Positions 19,098-28,711 of a DNA stretch of 64,000 nt are shown here, piece after piece (position 1 is the first letter of the stretch; every line of letters begins with the position of its first letter). The DNA is from Myxococcota bacterium (GTDB taxonomy: Bacteria > Myxococcota_A > UBA9160 > UBA6930). A program made the position numbers and the translations under genes. The stretch is from NCBI GenBank assembly GCA_965223415.1, contig OZ245002.1:1120001-1184000 (forward strand), in the 5' to 3' direction. Below the pieces are notes generated by a model. That model did not search any database. It saw only the letters and a program-made list of their open reading frames with translations, and was not told the DNA's origin.

Positions 19098-21052
19098 GCG
19101 AGCCGCTCCACGTCTACGCGATCTTCCACCTGAACCTCATGTTCTCGGCAATCGAGGAGCGCCAGCGGCCGCAGGTGGTGGAGCGCTGCTATTGGCCCCT
19201 CCTGTCCCTCGCGACCGACCTGGGCATTCCGCTCGGCCTCGAGGTCTCCGGCCTCACCCTGGAGGAGATCCGTCGCATCGATCCCCTGTGGCTGCGGCGG
19301 CTGCGGAAGCTCACCGAGGCCGGCACCTGCGAGCTGGTCGGCAGCGGCGACGCCCAGCTGATCGGTCCGCTTGTCCCGGAATCCGTCAATCGCTGGAACC
19401 TGCGCCTCGGCCGGGAGCGCGCCGAAGCGTTGCTAGGCGAGGCCCCGCGGCTCGCCTTCGTGAACGAGCAGGCCTTCTCCGCGGGGCTCGTGCCCCTCTA
19501 CCGGGAGGCGGGCTTCGAGGCGATCGTCATGGAGTGGAACAACGCGGCCCGGACGCACCCGGAGTGGCCCCGGGACTGGCGCTACCACCCGCAGCTCGCC
19601 GCGGGGCCCGGAGGCGAGACGATCCCCCTCGTATGGAACGACTCGATCGCCTTCCAGCGGCTCCAGCGGGTGGCCCACGGTGAGATCACCGGGGACGAGC
19701 TGGTCGAGTGGCTCGCGCCCCGGGCCGGAAGGGGCCGGGCGTTTCCCCTCTACGGCGGCGACGCCGAGATCTTCGACTTTCGCCCGAATCGCTATGCGGT
19801 CGAGCCCACCCTCGAAGCCGGCGAGTGGCAGCGCCTTCGCGATCTCTTCCTTCGCCTCCAGGAAGACGAGCGCTTCCGCTGGGTGGCGCCGAGCGCCACG
19901 CTGGCCCTCCCTGCCGGCGAGCACGGGGGGCAGGTGCTCCGACTCGACACGGCGGAGCAACCGTGCCCGGTGAAGAAGCAGCCGAAGTACCACCTGGCCC
20001 GGTGGGCGGTGAGCGGGCGGGACGATCTCGCCGTGAACACCGTATGTCGCCGCATCGCGGGGGAGTTGGAGCGCCAGCCCGAAGCCCGGGCGGAGGACTG
20101 GCAGGAGCTCTGCGCACTGTGGGGCAGCGACTACCGCACCCACATCACCGACGACCGCTGGCGCGGGTTCCGCGACCGCCTTTCCCGCTTCGAGCGCCGG
20201 GTCCGCGGCCCGGCCGCCCTGCCGAGCCCGAGCACCGCCTGCTGGCCCGTGGCGCTTCCGGATTCGCGCTGGGATCGCGAGGGTTCGCGGCTGCGCTTCG
20301 AGAGCGATCGCCTGCGCATCCACTTCAACATCCGCCGCGGCCTCGCGATCGAGGCCCTGTGGTGGAAGGACGTGTCGCCGGATCCGCTGGTCGGAACGCT
20401 GCGCCACGGCTTCTTCGAGGACGTGGCCTGGGCCAGCGATCTCTACACCGGCCACGCGGTCTTCCAGCCGCCGGGCCGGCACCAGATCACCGACCTCTCG
20501 CCCATCGAGCCGTTCCTGGAGAACCACGGCGACCGGCTGGCACGCCTGACGGGCACGCTCCCGACGGAGCTGGGCCCGATCGAGAAGCGCTGGCAGATCG
20601 ACCTCGAGCACGGCCGCATCGACCTGGCCCATCACTTCTTCTGGCCCGGGCCGGCGACGGGCTCCTTGCGCGTCGGTCACGTGACCCTGCTGCCTGGCGC
20701 GTTCGAGCGGAGCTCCCTCTTCTACCGGACCTGCAACGGCGGCGGGCCGGAGCGCTTCGCGCTGGGGAAGGGCTTCGATCAGGGCCGCGCGGTTTCGAGC
20801 CTGGTCTCGTCCAGCGGCGCCGTCGGGATGACCGAAGGCTGGCTCGAGCTGGGCGACGCGCGCACGAGCGTCCGGATCGACCTTGACCTGGCCCACGCCG
20901 CGTGCGTCGGCCTGCTGCGCTTCGAGCCCGTGGACGATCGCTTCTTCCTGCGCGCCACCCTCTCGGCCCGGGAGTGCGACGACACGGCCAGGCCCGTCGC
21001 CAACGACGGCCTGGTGTGCGCCTTCTCCCTCAGCGCGCGGAAACGTTGCTGA
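19094..21052 (+). CDS. GH57-like / deacetylase beta-alpha barrel protein
   Basis: AIFHLN, VERCYWPLL, SGLTLE, NEQAFS, YGGDAEIFD; GTGA overlap. Confidence 0.7.
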   Translation: MSEPLHVYAIFHLNLMFSAIEERQRPQVVERCYWPLLSLATDLGIPLGLEVSGLTLEEIRRIDPLWLRRLRKLTEAGTCELVGSGDAQLIGPLVPESVNRWNLRLGRERAEALLGEAPRLAFVNEQAFSAGLVPLYREAGFEAIVMEWNNAARTHPEWPRDWRYHPQLAAGPGGETIPLVWNDSIAFQRLQRVAHGEITGDELVEWLAPRAGRGRAFPLYGGDAEIFDFRPNRYAVEPTLEAGEWQRLRDLFLRLQEDERFRWVAPSATLALPAGEHGGQVLRLDTAEQPCPVKKQPKYHLARWAVSGRDDLAVNTVCRRIAGELERQPEARAEDWQELCALWGSDYRTHITDDRWRGFRDRLSRFERRVRGPAALPSPSTACWPVALPDSRWDREGSRLRFESDRLRIHFNIRRGLAIEALWWKDVSPDPLVGTLRHGFFEDVAWASDLYTGHAVFQPPGRHQITDLSPIEPFLENHGDRLARLTGTLPTELGPIEKRWQIDLEHGRIDLAHHFFWPGPATGSLRVGHVTLLPGAFERSSLFYRTCNGGGPERFALGKGFDQGRAVSSLVSSSGAVGMTEGWLELGDARTSVRIDLDLAHAACVGLLRFEPVDDRFFLRATLSARECDDTARPVANDGLVCAFSLSARKRC

Positions 21053-22256
21053 AGGCCGGCGTGCGCTCGTAGAAGGTCACTGTCGGGACGGAGCCGAGGC
21101 CGAGACGGCGCAGATTGGCGAGCATCTCCGTCTGGAAGTCGTAGCTGGAGACGACGATCGCGTCGGGACGCAGGGCGGCCAGGGCCTCCGGGGCGACGAC
21201 GGGCAGGCCGAGGACGCGGCTTCCCTGCTTGGCCGGGTTGCCGTCGGCCAACGCGACGATCCGGGCCTTCCGCAGGTCGGTGGCGTCGAGCAGGCACTCC
21301 GTGTGGTAGCCGGCCCCGTACAGGGCGACCCGGTGACCCTCGGCGAGCCAGCGGGGCAGCGCCTCGTCGACGCGCGCGCGGAGGCGCTCCAGGAAGACAC
21401 GGCGCTCGCGGGTGTAGCGACCCACGACGTCCCGGATCGCCGCGACCTCGTCGGGTGCCGCCGGAACCGGGGCGCCCGGGCGCTCGCCCCGGCGTGCCCA
21501 CGAGCGGAAGGCCGGGAACGGGAAGTCCTGGTCGCAGGTCTCCGGCTCGAGGCCGCAGGCCCGCAGCAGGGCAGCCAGGGTCACGGGGCTGAAGTTGAAG
21601 AGGTGGTCGAAGGTGAAGAAGTCGACGGCGCTCTCGAGGCGGGGGCGCAGCACGTTGGGCACCTCGATGAAGAGCGCGCCGCCGGGAGCGAGGAGCTCGC
21701 GACAGCGCAGGAGGGTGGCGCGGGGATCGGCGAGGTGCTCGAGAACGTGGGAGAGCGCGATCAGGTCGAAGCGCTCCCCGGCCAGCGGCGCGTCCTCGAA
21801 GGCGCCGGCTTCGATCGGGACGCCCCAGCGCTCGCGCCCGAGGCGGGCGGCGCTCCGGGAGGGCTCGACGCCGCGCACCCGGGCGCCCCGGTCCCGGAGC
21901 AGCTTCAGCAGGAAGCCCTCGTAGCAGCCGATCTCGAGGACGCGCCAACCCACGAGCGGGCCCGCGGCGCGCTCGATCCAAGCGGCCTGGTCGCGCCGGC
22001 TCCCCTCACCGGGGATGCGCGGGCTGCCGTCCTCGGCGACGAAGGCGTCGCGCTCCTGGGCGGCGTAGAAGCTCGCGAGCAGCGCCGGCTCCGGCTGGGG
22101 ATCCGTGGAGACCAGGCCGCAGTGCGTGCACAGCACGGTGCGGATGTCGAAGGGCACCTCGCACCCGCCGGTGAGGATCCGGAAGCCCTCCTGGACCCGG
22201 ACCTCCTCGCTCTCCCGCGCGCCACAAGCAGGACAGGGCCGGCCGGCCTCAGCCAT
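21030..22256 (-). CDS. Class I SAM-dependent methyltransferase with Zn-binding N-terminus and C-methyltransferase-like C-terminal domain
   Basis: CPAC...CTHC, VLEIGCYEG, SHVLEH, IEVPN, LYGAG, DGNPAKQG. Confidence 0.85.
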   Translation of the reverse strand: MAEAGRPCPACGARESEEVRVQEGFRILTGGCEVPFDIRTVLCTHCGLVSTDPQPEPALLASFYAAQERDAFVAEDGSPRIPGEGSRRDQAAWIERAAGPLVGWRVLEIGCYEGFLLKLLRDRGARVRGVEPSRSAARLGRERWGVPIEAGAFEDAPLAGERFDLIALSHVLEHLADPRATLLRCRELLAPGGALFIEVPNVLRPRLESAVDFFTFDHLFNFSPVTLAALLRACGLEPETCDQDFPFPAFRSWARRGERPGAPVPAAPDEVAAIRDVVGRYTRERRVFLERLRARVDEALPRWLAEGHRVALYGAGYHTECLLDATDLRKARIVALADGNPAKQGSRVLGLPVVAPEALAALRPDAIVVSSYDFQTEMLANLRRLGLGSVPTVTFYERTPAFSNVSAR

Positions 22257-22333
22257 GTGCATCCCCCCTCCGTTCTCATCGGACGATTCAAGGATTTCTG
22301 GAACCCCGCCGATGGGAACCGCGGAGGGAGGGG

Positions 22334-23521
22334 ATGCACCCGCATCAGGAGGTTCGTATCCAGCATCCGGTGGGAGCGCTGTCGCCCACCGGCGTCCTCG
22401 ACGTGGGGCTGCGTTGCCCCCATTCCTGCGTGTTCTGCTACTACAGCCACTTCGACGGCCACGCGGAGCCCTTCCACGCCCTTCGGACCCTGCCCTTCCG
22501 CCCCCTGCCGGAGTGCACGGAGCTCGCGGACGACTTCCGGCAGTGGGGGCTCACCCACTGCGACGTGACCGGCGGCGAGCCGAGCCTGCATCCGCACATC
22601 CTGGAGCTGATCCACCACGTGGAGCACGTGGCGGACCTGCGCGCCCGGCTCATCACCCTGGCCCAGTTCACCATGCGTCCCCACAAGCCGAGCGGCCGCG
22701 AGCGTCTGGTCGACGGGCTGCTCGACGCGGGGCTCACGGACTTCCTGTTCTCCTTCCATGCGGCGAGCGAGGGGCTCTTCAAGCAGCTCACGAAGGGCTC
22801 GCTCGCCCAGGTGAAGGCGACCATGGAGTATCTCGACGCCTGCGCGTTCTCGTACACCGCGAACACGGTCGTGCAGCAGTACAACGCCCACGAGCTGCCG
22901 GCGATCGCGCGCTATCTCTCGAGGCGGAACCTGCGCTTCCACAACTTCATCGTGATGAAGCTCGAGTGGGGATGGCGCAACGGGCCGGACCACGGCGTCG
23001 AGCACAAGGCGCGCTACGACGAGATCGCGCCGTCCCTGCGCGACGCCGTGCACATCCTGGAGGATGCGGGCGTGGGCGTGAACGTGCGCTACGCCCCCTA
23101 CTGCGCGCTGCCGGGGCTCGAGAAGAACCTGGTCGGCTACAAGCAGGTCCAGCTCGACCCCTACGAGTGGCGCAACGGCACCCGCGGCGCGAAGACCGAG
23201 GGCACGCCCTACGGCGGCAAGCCCTTCCTCTTCTACGAGAGACTCGAGGACTACCTGGCGAAGCATCCGGGGGACGTGGCGACCCGCGACGAGTACAACA
23301 TGAGCCAGGGTCCTCCCTGCGAGGGCTGCGCCCTTCGCGAGATCTGCGACGGGGTCGATCGGGACTACGTGGCGCGCCACGGTTGGGCCGAGCTCCACCC
23401 CTACGATGGCGAGACGGTCCAGGACCTCACGCACTTCCGGGTGACGAACCCCCGCCCCTTCGAGCTGCTGCAGCGGCCGGGCTGGCCCGGGCCGCGGGAG
23501 AAGGAGGAGGCGGGGTCGTGA
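22334..23521 (+). CDS. Radical SAM protein with C-terminal Cys cluster
   Basis: CPHSCVFC (CX3CX2C), TGGEP, C-terminal CEGCALREICDG; GGAGGG RBS. Confidence 0.9.
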   Translation: MHPHQEVRIQHPVGALSPTGVLDVGLRCPHSCVFCYYSHFDGHAEPFHALRTLPFRPLPECTELADDFRQWGLTHCDVTGGEPSLHPHILELIHHVEHVADLRARLITLAQFTMRPHKPSGRERLVDGLLDAGLTDFLFSFHAASEGLFKQLTKGSLAQVKATMEYLDACAFSYTANTVVQQYNAHELPAIARYLSRRNLRFHNFIVMKLEWGWRNGPDHGVEHKARYDEIAPSLRDAVHILEDAGVGVNVRYAPYCALPGLEKNLVGYKQVQLDPYEWRNGTRGAKTEGTPYGGKPFLFYERLEDYLAKHPGDVATRDEYNMSQGPPCEGCALREICDGVDRDYVARHGWAELHPYDGETVQDLTHFRVTNPRPFELLQRPGWPGPREKEEAGS

Positions 23522-24489
23522 GGCTCTCGGTGGTCGTTCCCACCTTCGAGCGGCACTCGAAGCTCGAAGCCTGCGTCGCGAGCCTGGCGGCCCAGGGCGC
23601 CGACGCCGTCGGCGAGGTGGTGATCGCGGACGACGGCTCCGCGGACGACACCCGCGCCTGGCTCGAGGCGGCGCCCCGCCGCGATTGGCCGTTCGCCCTG
23701 CGCGTCCTGCGGCTGGACCACCGGGGACCCGCCGCGGCACGCAATGCCGGCGTGCGCGCGGCCCGCTGCGAGCTGGTGGCCTTCACGGGCGACGATTGCG
23801 TGCTCGCCCCGGGCTGGGCCGAGGCGCACCTGGGCGCCCACGGGGGGAGCCGTGGGGGCTCGGTGCTGGGACACACCACCTGGCTTCCCTCGCTCCGCGT
23901 CACGCCCTTCATGCACTACCAGGAGAACGGCGGCAGCCAATTCGCGTACGGGCGAATCGCCGATCCGGCGGATGCGGGCTGGCGGTACTACTACACGACG
24001 AACGTCTCCTCGCCGAGAGGGCTTCTGCTGGAGCATCCCTTCGACGAGCGCTTTCCGGCAGCGCGCTACGAGGACATGGAGCTCGGTTGGCGCCTCGAGC
24101 AGCAGGGACACCGCGTGGTGTATCGGCCGGAGGCGCTCGCCTGGCACGACCACCCGATCGGCTTCGAGGCCTTTCGCGGGCGCTGCCCCGAGTACGGCGA
24201 GTACGCGGCCCTCTTCCACCGGCTACACCCGCAGGAGCCGGCCCTGGCGCAGGCGCTGGGCATTCGCGACGCGGAGGCCTGCGACCGGGTGCTCGGGGCG
24301 GCCGTCGACGCGGCGGAGCGGGTCGTGGCGGAGCTGGAGGAGGCGGTGGCCAGTGCCGGAGCACCGCCGCCTTTCGGCCTCCGCGGCGCCACCGGGCTGC
24401 TCCACGACGCCTACCGGCTGCTCATCCATCTCGGGCTGGTCGGCGGGATCCGCAAGGCGCTGTCGCTACCGGCGCCGGAGCGGGTCTGA
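23518..24489 (+). CDS. Glycosyltransferase family 2
   Basis: LSVVVPTFER, DDGSAD, GPAAARNAG, FDERF...EDMELGWRL; GTGA overlap. Confidence 0.9.
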   Translation: MRLSVVVPTFERHSKLEACVASLAAQGADAVGEVVIADDGSADDTRAWLEAAPRRDWPFALRVLRLDHRGPAAARNAGVRAARCELVAFTGDDCVLAPGWAEAHLGAHGGSRGGSVLGHTTWLPSLRVTPFMHYQENGGSQFAYGRIADPADAGWRYYYTTNVSSPRGLLLEHPFDERFPAARYEDMELGWRLEQQGHRVVYRPEALAWHDHPIGFEAFRGRCPEYGEYAALFHRLHPQEPALAQALGIRDAEACDRVLGAAVDAAERVVAELEEAVASAGAPPPFGLRGATGLLHDAYRLLIHLGLVGGIRKALSLPAPERV

Positions 24490-24613
24490 GCGTGGGGCAG
24501 ACGGTCCAGCTCCGCCCGGGTCACCAACGTCTGGTGGGTCCTCCGACGCGACGACAGCTTGACAAGCGGAACCGGCCCCCAGCTCAACGGCAACGCAACA
24601 GACGGAACCGGCC

Positions 24614-25662
24614 CTACCCAACGCGGACAGTGATGCGGCCTTGGGTCTGGCGGGCGGCGAGGGCGGTGAGGGCGGCGGGGACTTCGTGCCACGCGACGGA
24701 GCTGCCGACGACGGGCTGGAAGCGGCCCTCCCGGAGCAGGCGCAGGATGTCCGCGTGGGCCCGGGTCTCGATGTCGAGACCCTGATCGGGCGGGTAGAAG
24801 CCCATGCAGGCCCCGACGAGGGTGTAGTTCTGCATGTAGAAGCTCTTGGGGTCGATGGGCAAGAGGCCGCCGGCGTGGCCGCACAGGATGTGCCGGCCGT
24901 CAGGGGCGAGGAGGGAGCGGGAGCGCTCGCCGGCCTCTCCCTGGACCGGGTCGAAGATGCAGTCGACGCCCCGCCCGCCAGTCGCCTCGCGGGTGGCGGC
25001 CACGAAATCCTCGGCCCGGTGGTCGATGGCGACATCGGCGCCGAGGCTCTCGCAGAAGGCCTTCTTCTCCGGGCCGCCGGCGACCGCAATGACCCGGGCG
25101 CCGGCGGCGCGGGCCAGCTGTACGGCGGCGCTTCCGAGTCCACCCGCCGCGCCGTGCACGAGCACGGTCTCTCCCTCCCGCAGCCTCCCGCGATGGTGGA
25201 GCGCGTGGTGGGCGGTGTGGGAGGCCAGCAGGAAGGCCGCGGCCTCCTCGTCACCCAGGCCCTCGGGCACCTCCCAGGTGGAGCCGGCCATGCCGACGGC
25301 CAGGGGGGCCAACGCGCCGTAGGGCTGAGGCGTGAAGGCGACGGTTTGCCGAGCCACTCCTTCATGGTGGGAGCCGCCTCCACCACGCGACCGGCCGCCT
25401 CGAGCCCGGCCGTGTACGGACGGGCGATCGGCACCGGATAGCTGCCGCGAGCCATCGTCACGTCGGGCAGACCGAGGGCCGCAGCGGCCACTTCGATCAG
25501 CACCCAGTCCTCGAGGGGCCGGTCGGTCGCTGCGGTTCGCTCTCGGAGCCCGCAAAGGTCGATGGCCATACCCTCGAAATCGCTCGGCCGAAGCTCGTCC
25601 ATCTCGTGCTCGGCGAGCACGGCAGCGGGCTCGCCCTCGCCTTCCACGCGCCAGGCTTTCAT
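24614..25662 (-). pseudogene. NADPH:quinone reductase (MDR/zeta-crystallin family), frameshifted near 25345
   Basis: MKAWRVEG...AGLEAAGRVV...EWLGK in one frame continues as VAFTPQPYG...VHGAAGGLGSAAVQLA...GRGVD in another; junction reads AAA-CC-GTC. Confidence 0.8.
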
Positions 25663-26849
25663 GCGGGGACCTCCACGCGCCGCCCCAGGGCGGCGGAATG
25701 ATACGCGGCGTAGATCACGCGCAGGACTTCGCGGCCCAGCCAGCCGTCGGCGGCGGCCGGCGCGTTCGTTCGGACGGCCTCGGCGAAGGCCTCGCACAGG
25801 CCGATCTGCCCCGCGGTCCAGTCCTCGTCGACCATCGGCGTGCTCCAACCGGCGCTCGTGCTCTGCTTCTCGATCAGGTAGGCGTCGCCCAGCACGCGCT
25901 CGTCGGGAGCGTAGGCGCGCAGGGCGTCCTGGGGGCTCAGGTTGCACTCGAGGCGACAGCGCGAGCCGGAAAGCTCCAGGCGGCTCTCCATGCCACCCAG
26001 GTGGTTGTCGCTTCCGTAGGCGACCGCTCTGGAGCCGTCGTCGAAGGCGATGACGGCGCAGCCCCAGCTCTCCACGTCCTGCCAGCCGTCGGCCACGAAG
26101 GCCGGCTCGGCGTCGAAGCCCTCGGTGCGGGAGAGATCCGCGACCTCCGCGGTCACGAAGGCGGGCCGGATCGGCTCGCCCCGGCCGCGCAGCCCCTCCC
26201 GGCGCTTCAGGTGCAGCATGGCGCCGATGGGGTGGGCACCGAGCCGGAGCAGCGCGCCCCCACCGGTGTGACGCCAGCTCTTCGCATAAGGAGAATGGGA
26301 GCCGGCGTGGGCCTCCCAGCCCCGCATCTCGAGGAGCCGTCCGCCGGCCTGCTCCAGCAGCGCCTCCATGCGCCGGAACGCCGGGGCGTAGAGCCAGTTC
26401 TCGCCGTAGACGAGCTGGACGCCGGCGGCCTCGGCCGCGGCGATCATCGCCTGCGCGTCCTCCTCGGCCACGCGGGCCATGGCGGCCGGGTCGCGCCCGG
26501 CGACGGCGGCGTCGTCCGCGTCGGCGGCCAGGTCCTGGCCGACGTAGGCCGCGAGCGGCTTGGTGCAGAGCACGTGCTTCCCGGCTCGCGCGGCGGCCTC
26601 GGCCAGGGGCCGGTGCTGGGCGTTGGGGACGCACAGGTCGACCGCATCGATCTCGGCCGAGGCGAGCAGCTCCGCCGGGTCCGCGAACACCCGGGCCACG
26701 CCGTGACGCTCGGCCCAGGCCCGGGCCCGCTCCGCGCGGGCACTGGCGACGCCGCGGATCTCCGCGCCGCTCACGGCGCGCCAGCAACGCGCGCGGGTCT
26801 CCGCCAGGAAGCCGGCTCCCACCACTCCGATGCGCAGCGCCCGTTCCAT
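25659..26849 (-). CDS. Gfo/Idh/MocA family oxidoreductase
   Basis: IGVVGAG, IDAVDLCVPNAQH, GKHVLCTKP, GGGALL. Confidence 0.9.
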   Translation of the reverse strand: MERALRIGVVGAGFLAETRARCWRAVSGAEIRGVASARAERARAWAERHGVARVFADPAELLASAEIDAVDLCVPNAQHRPLAEAAARAGKHVLCTKPLAAYVGQDLAADADDAAVAGRDPAAMARVAEEDAQAMIAAAEAAGVQLVYGENWLYAPAFRRMEALLEQAGGRLLEMRGWEAHAGSHSPYAKSWRHTGGGALLRLGAHPIGAMLHLKRREGLRGRGEPIRPAFVTAEVADLSRTEGFDAEPAFVADGWQDVESWGCAVIAFDDGSRAVAYGSDNHLGGMESRLELSGSRCRLECNLSPQDALRAYAPDERVLGDAYLIEKQSTSAGWSTPMVDEDWTAGQIGLCEAFAEAVRTNAPAAADGWLGREVLRVIYAAYHSAALGRRVEVPA

Positions 26850-26870
26850 CGCGGCGCAGCATAGCCGCGC

Positions 26871-27737
26871 TCAGCCGCGAGCGGAGGCTCGGGCCAGGGC
26901 GCGGAGCTCGTCCGCCGTGTGGCTCGACCCGTCCGGGCTCCAGCCGGGAGGCTGCAGGGCGTAGGCCAGGCGCTCCCGCCAGGGCCCGGGGCGCAGGACG
27001 TCGCGAGTCACCGCGATCCACTCGTGGAAGGCGATCCAGAACGGGTTGTAGGAGTCGATGTTCTTCGTGAGGCCGTAGACGACCTCTTCGTCCTCGGGCT
27101 CGAAGGTGCCGAACAGGCGGTCCCAGACGATGAAGACGCCGGCGTGGTTGCGATCCAGGTACTGGAGGTTCGTCCCGTGGTGCACCCGGTGGTGGGAGGG
27201 CGTGTTCATGACGGCCTCCACCCAGCCTGGCAGCCGATCGATCTCCTCGGTGTGGATCCAGTACTGGTAGATCAGGTTCAGCGAGTAGACGGACACCACC
27301 ATCAAGGGCTCGAAGCCGAGCAGCGGCAGCGGCGCGTAGAAGACGAGCCCCGTCATCGGCGTCCAGCTCTGCCGCAGCGCCGTAGCGAGGTTGTAGTGGG
27401 TGCTCGAGTGATGGGTGACGTGGGCGGCCCAGAGCGCCCGCACCTCGTGATGCAGCCGATGGAACCAGTAGTAGGCGAAGTCGAGGGCCACGAAGGCGGC
27501 GATCCAGGTGAGGGGCCCATGGCCCAGGTCGAACCGGGCGTGGGCGTGGGCCCACTCGTAGGTCCCGAGCATCACGCCCTTCCAGGCCAGGCCGACGAAC
27601 ACGCTGCCGATTCCCATCGTCACGCTCGCGACGCTGTCCTTCGCCTCGTGCACGGGCGCGCCCCGCCGGCGGGTCACCCACGCCTCGAGGAGGAGCAGGC
27701 CGACGAAGGCGGGGCTGGCCCACAACGTGAAGTCCAT
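26871..27737 (-). CDS. Sterol desaturase / fatty acid hydroxylase family membrane enzyme (alkylglycerol monooxygenase-like)
   Basis: His boxes HRLHH, HVTHH, WIH, HHRVHH; WDRLFGTF. Confidence 0.92.
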   Translation of the reverse strand: MDFTLWASPAFVGLLLLEAWVTRRRGAPVHEAKDSVASVTMGIGSVFVGLAWKGVMLGTYEWAHAHARFDLGHGPLTWIAAFVALDFAYYWFHRLHHEVRALWAAHVTHHSSTHYNLATALRQSWTPMTGLVFYAPLPLLGFEPLMVVSVYSLNLIYQYWIHTEEIDRLPGWVEAVMNTPSHHRVHHGTNLQYLDRNHAGVFIVWDRLFGTFEPEDEEVVYGLTKNIDSYNPFWIAFHEWIAVTRDVLRPGPWRERLAYALQPPGWSPDGSSHTADELRALARASARG

Positions 27738-27738
27738 G

Positions 27739-28344
27739 CTAGGCGACCTCCTTGCGCACCAGCTCGGTGAGGGCGGCCAGCATCGGCTCGTGGGACGCGA
27801 GTTCGCCGTCTGCCAGGCTTCCGAGGGCGGCCCCCTGCAGCGCGTTCACCGCCAGGGCCACCGTGGGTGCGAAGCCCGGCCGGCCGGCGGCTTCGGGAAA
27901 GAGATCGCGGGCGATCTGGAGCAGGTTGTCCCCGTGGCGTGCCGCCACCGGCGCGAGAGTGCGAGCCAGCTCCGGATCCGTGCGGGACGCGTTGTAGAGC
28001 TCGAAGGCCGCGTGGAGCCGCGGCTCCTGGAACACCTCCCAGAGCACGCGGACCGCCGCCTCGGCCAGGTCCTGGGTGCCGGCGAGGGCGGGGAGCCGCG
28101 CGCGAAACAGGTCCGTCAGCTCGGCGAACAGGGCCTCGGCGGCCACCGAGAGCAGCGCCGCCTTGGTCGGGAAGTGCTTGAAGAGGGCGCCCTGGGAGAG
28201 CCCGGCCCGGGCGCAGATGCGTGTGGTGGTGGCGCCGGCCCAGCCGTGGAGGACCAGGACGTCCAGGGTGGCGGTGAGCAGCTCCCGGCGCGTGGCGGCG
28301 CGGCGCTCGGGCTGGCTTCGGCGACGTCGGGAGGGCTCGGGCAC
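27739..28344 (-). CDS. TetR/AcrR family transcriptional regulator
   Basis: N-terminal HTH: TTTRICARAGLSQGALFKHFPTKAAL. Confidence 0.92.
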   Translation of the reverse strand: MPEPSRRRRSQPERRAATRRELLTATLDVLVLHGWAGATTTRICARAGLSQGALFKHFPTKAALLSVAAEALFAELTDLFRARLPALAGTQDLAEAAVRVLWEVFQEPRLHAAFELYNASRTDPELARTLAPVAARHGDNLLQIARDLFPEAAGRPGFAPTVALAVNALQGAALGSLADGELASHEPMLAALTELVRKEVA

Positions 28345-28350
28345 GGCCGG

Positions 28351-28387
28351 ATCCTATCGAGAACTTCATAAAGTGACAAGTCACTTT
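28351..28387 (-). promoter_or_regulatory. Sigma70-type promoter with overlapping palindromic operator
   Basis: TTGTCA-N17-TAGGAT on the minus strand; palindrome AAAGTGAC-AA-GTCACTTT at 28370-28387 covers the -35. Confidence 0.75.
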
Positions 28388-28392
28388 CTAAC

Positions 28393-28710
28393 TTGATTCC
28401 AGGCGACCGGTACGCTCTTGCCGTGCGCCTTCTCGTCATCGCCGCCGCGGTTGCGGCCCTGGTCGCTCTCTTCCTGTGGACCGAGGCGGGCCGGCGCCTC
28501 GCGGAGCGAGCCGGCCTTCCGCCGCTGCGGGGACGGGCGTCCGCGGACGACCGGGCCTTCCTGCTCCGGGCCTGCGAGGGCGATCGGAAGCGTCTCACCG
28601 AACGGCTGGCCCTCGAGAAGGCCCGCTGGCCCGAGGCGAGCGAGGCGGAGCTCTACCGCAAGGCCATCCGCCGCTGGTTCCAGGAGACCGGGCGCACGGT
28701 GGGCCAGTGA
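28393..28710 (+). CDS. Small hypothetical membrane-anchored protein
   Basis: Hydrophobic N-terminal helix, fills the intergenic space; the start may be GTG at about 28423. Confidence 0.6.
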   Translation: MIPGDRYALAVRLLVIAAAVAALVALFLWTEAGRRLAERAGLPPLRGRASADDRAFLLRACEGDRKRLTERLALEKARWPEASEAELYRKAIRRWFQETGRTVGQ

Positions 28711-28711
28711 C

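Noticed and set aside
24567..24614. 12-bp direct repeat CGGAACCGGCCC 36 nt apart
   Set aside because: Only two copies; possibly a small duplication or scar, no element identifiable.
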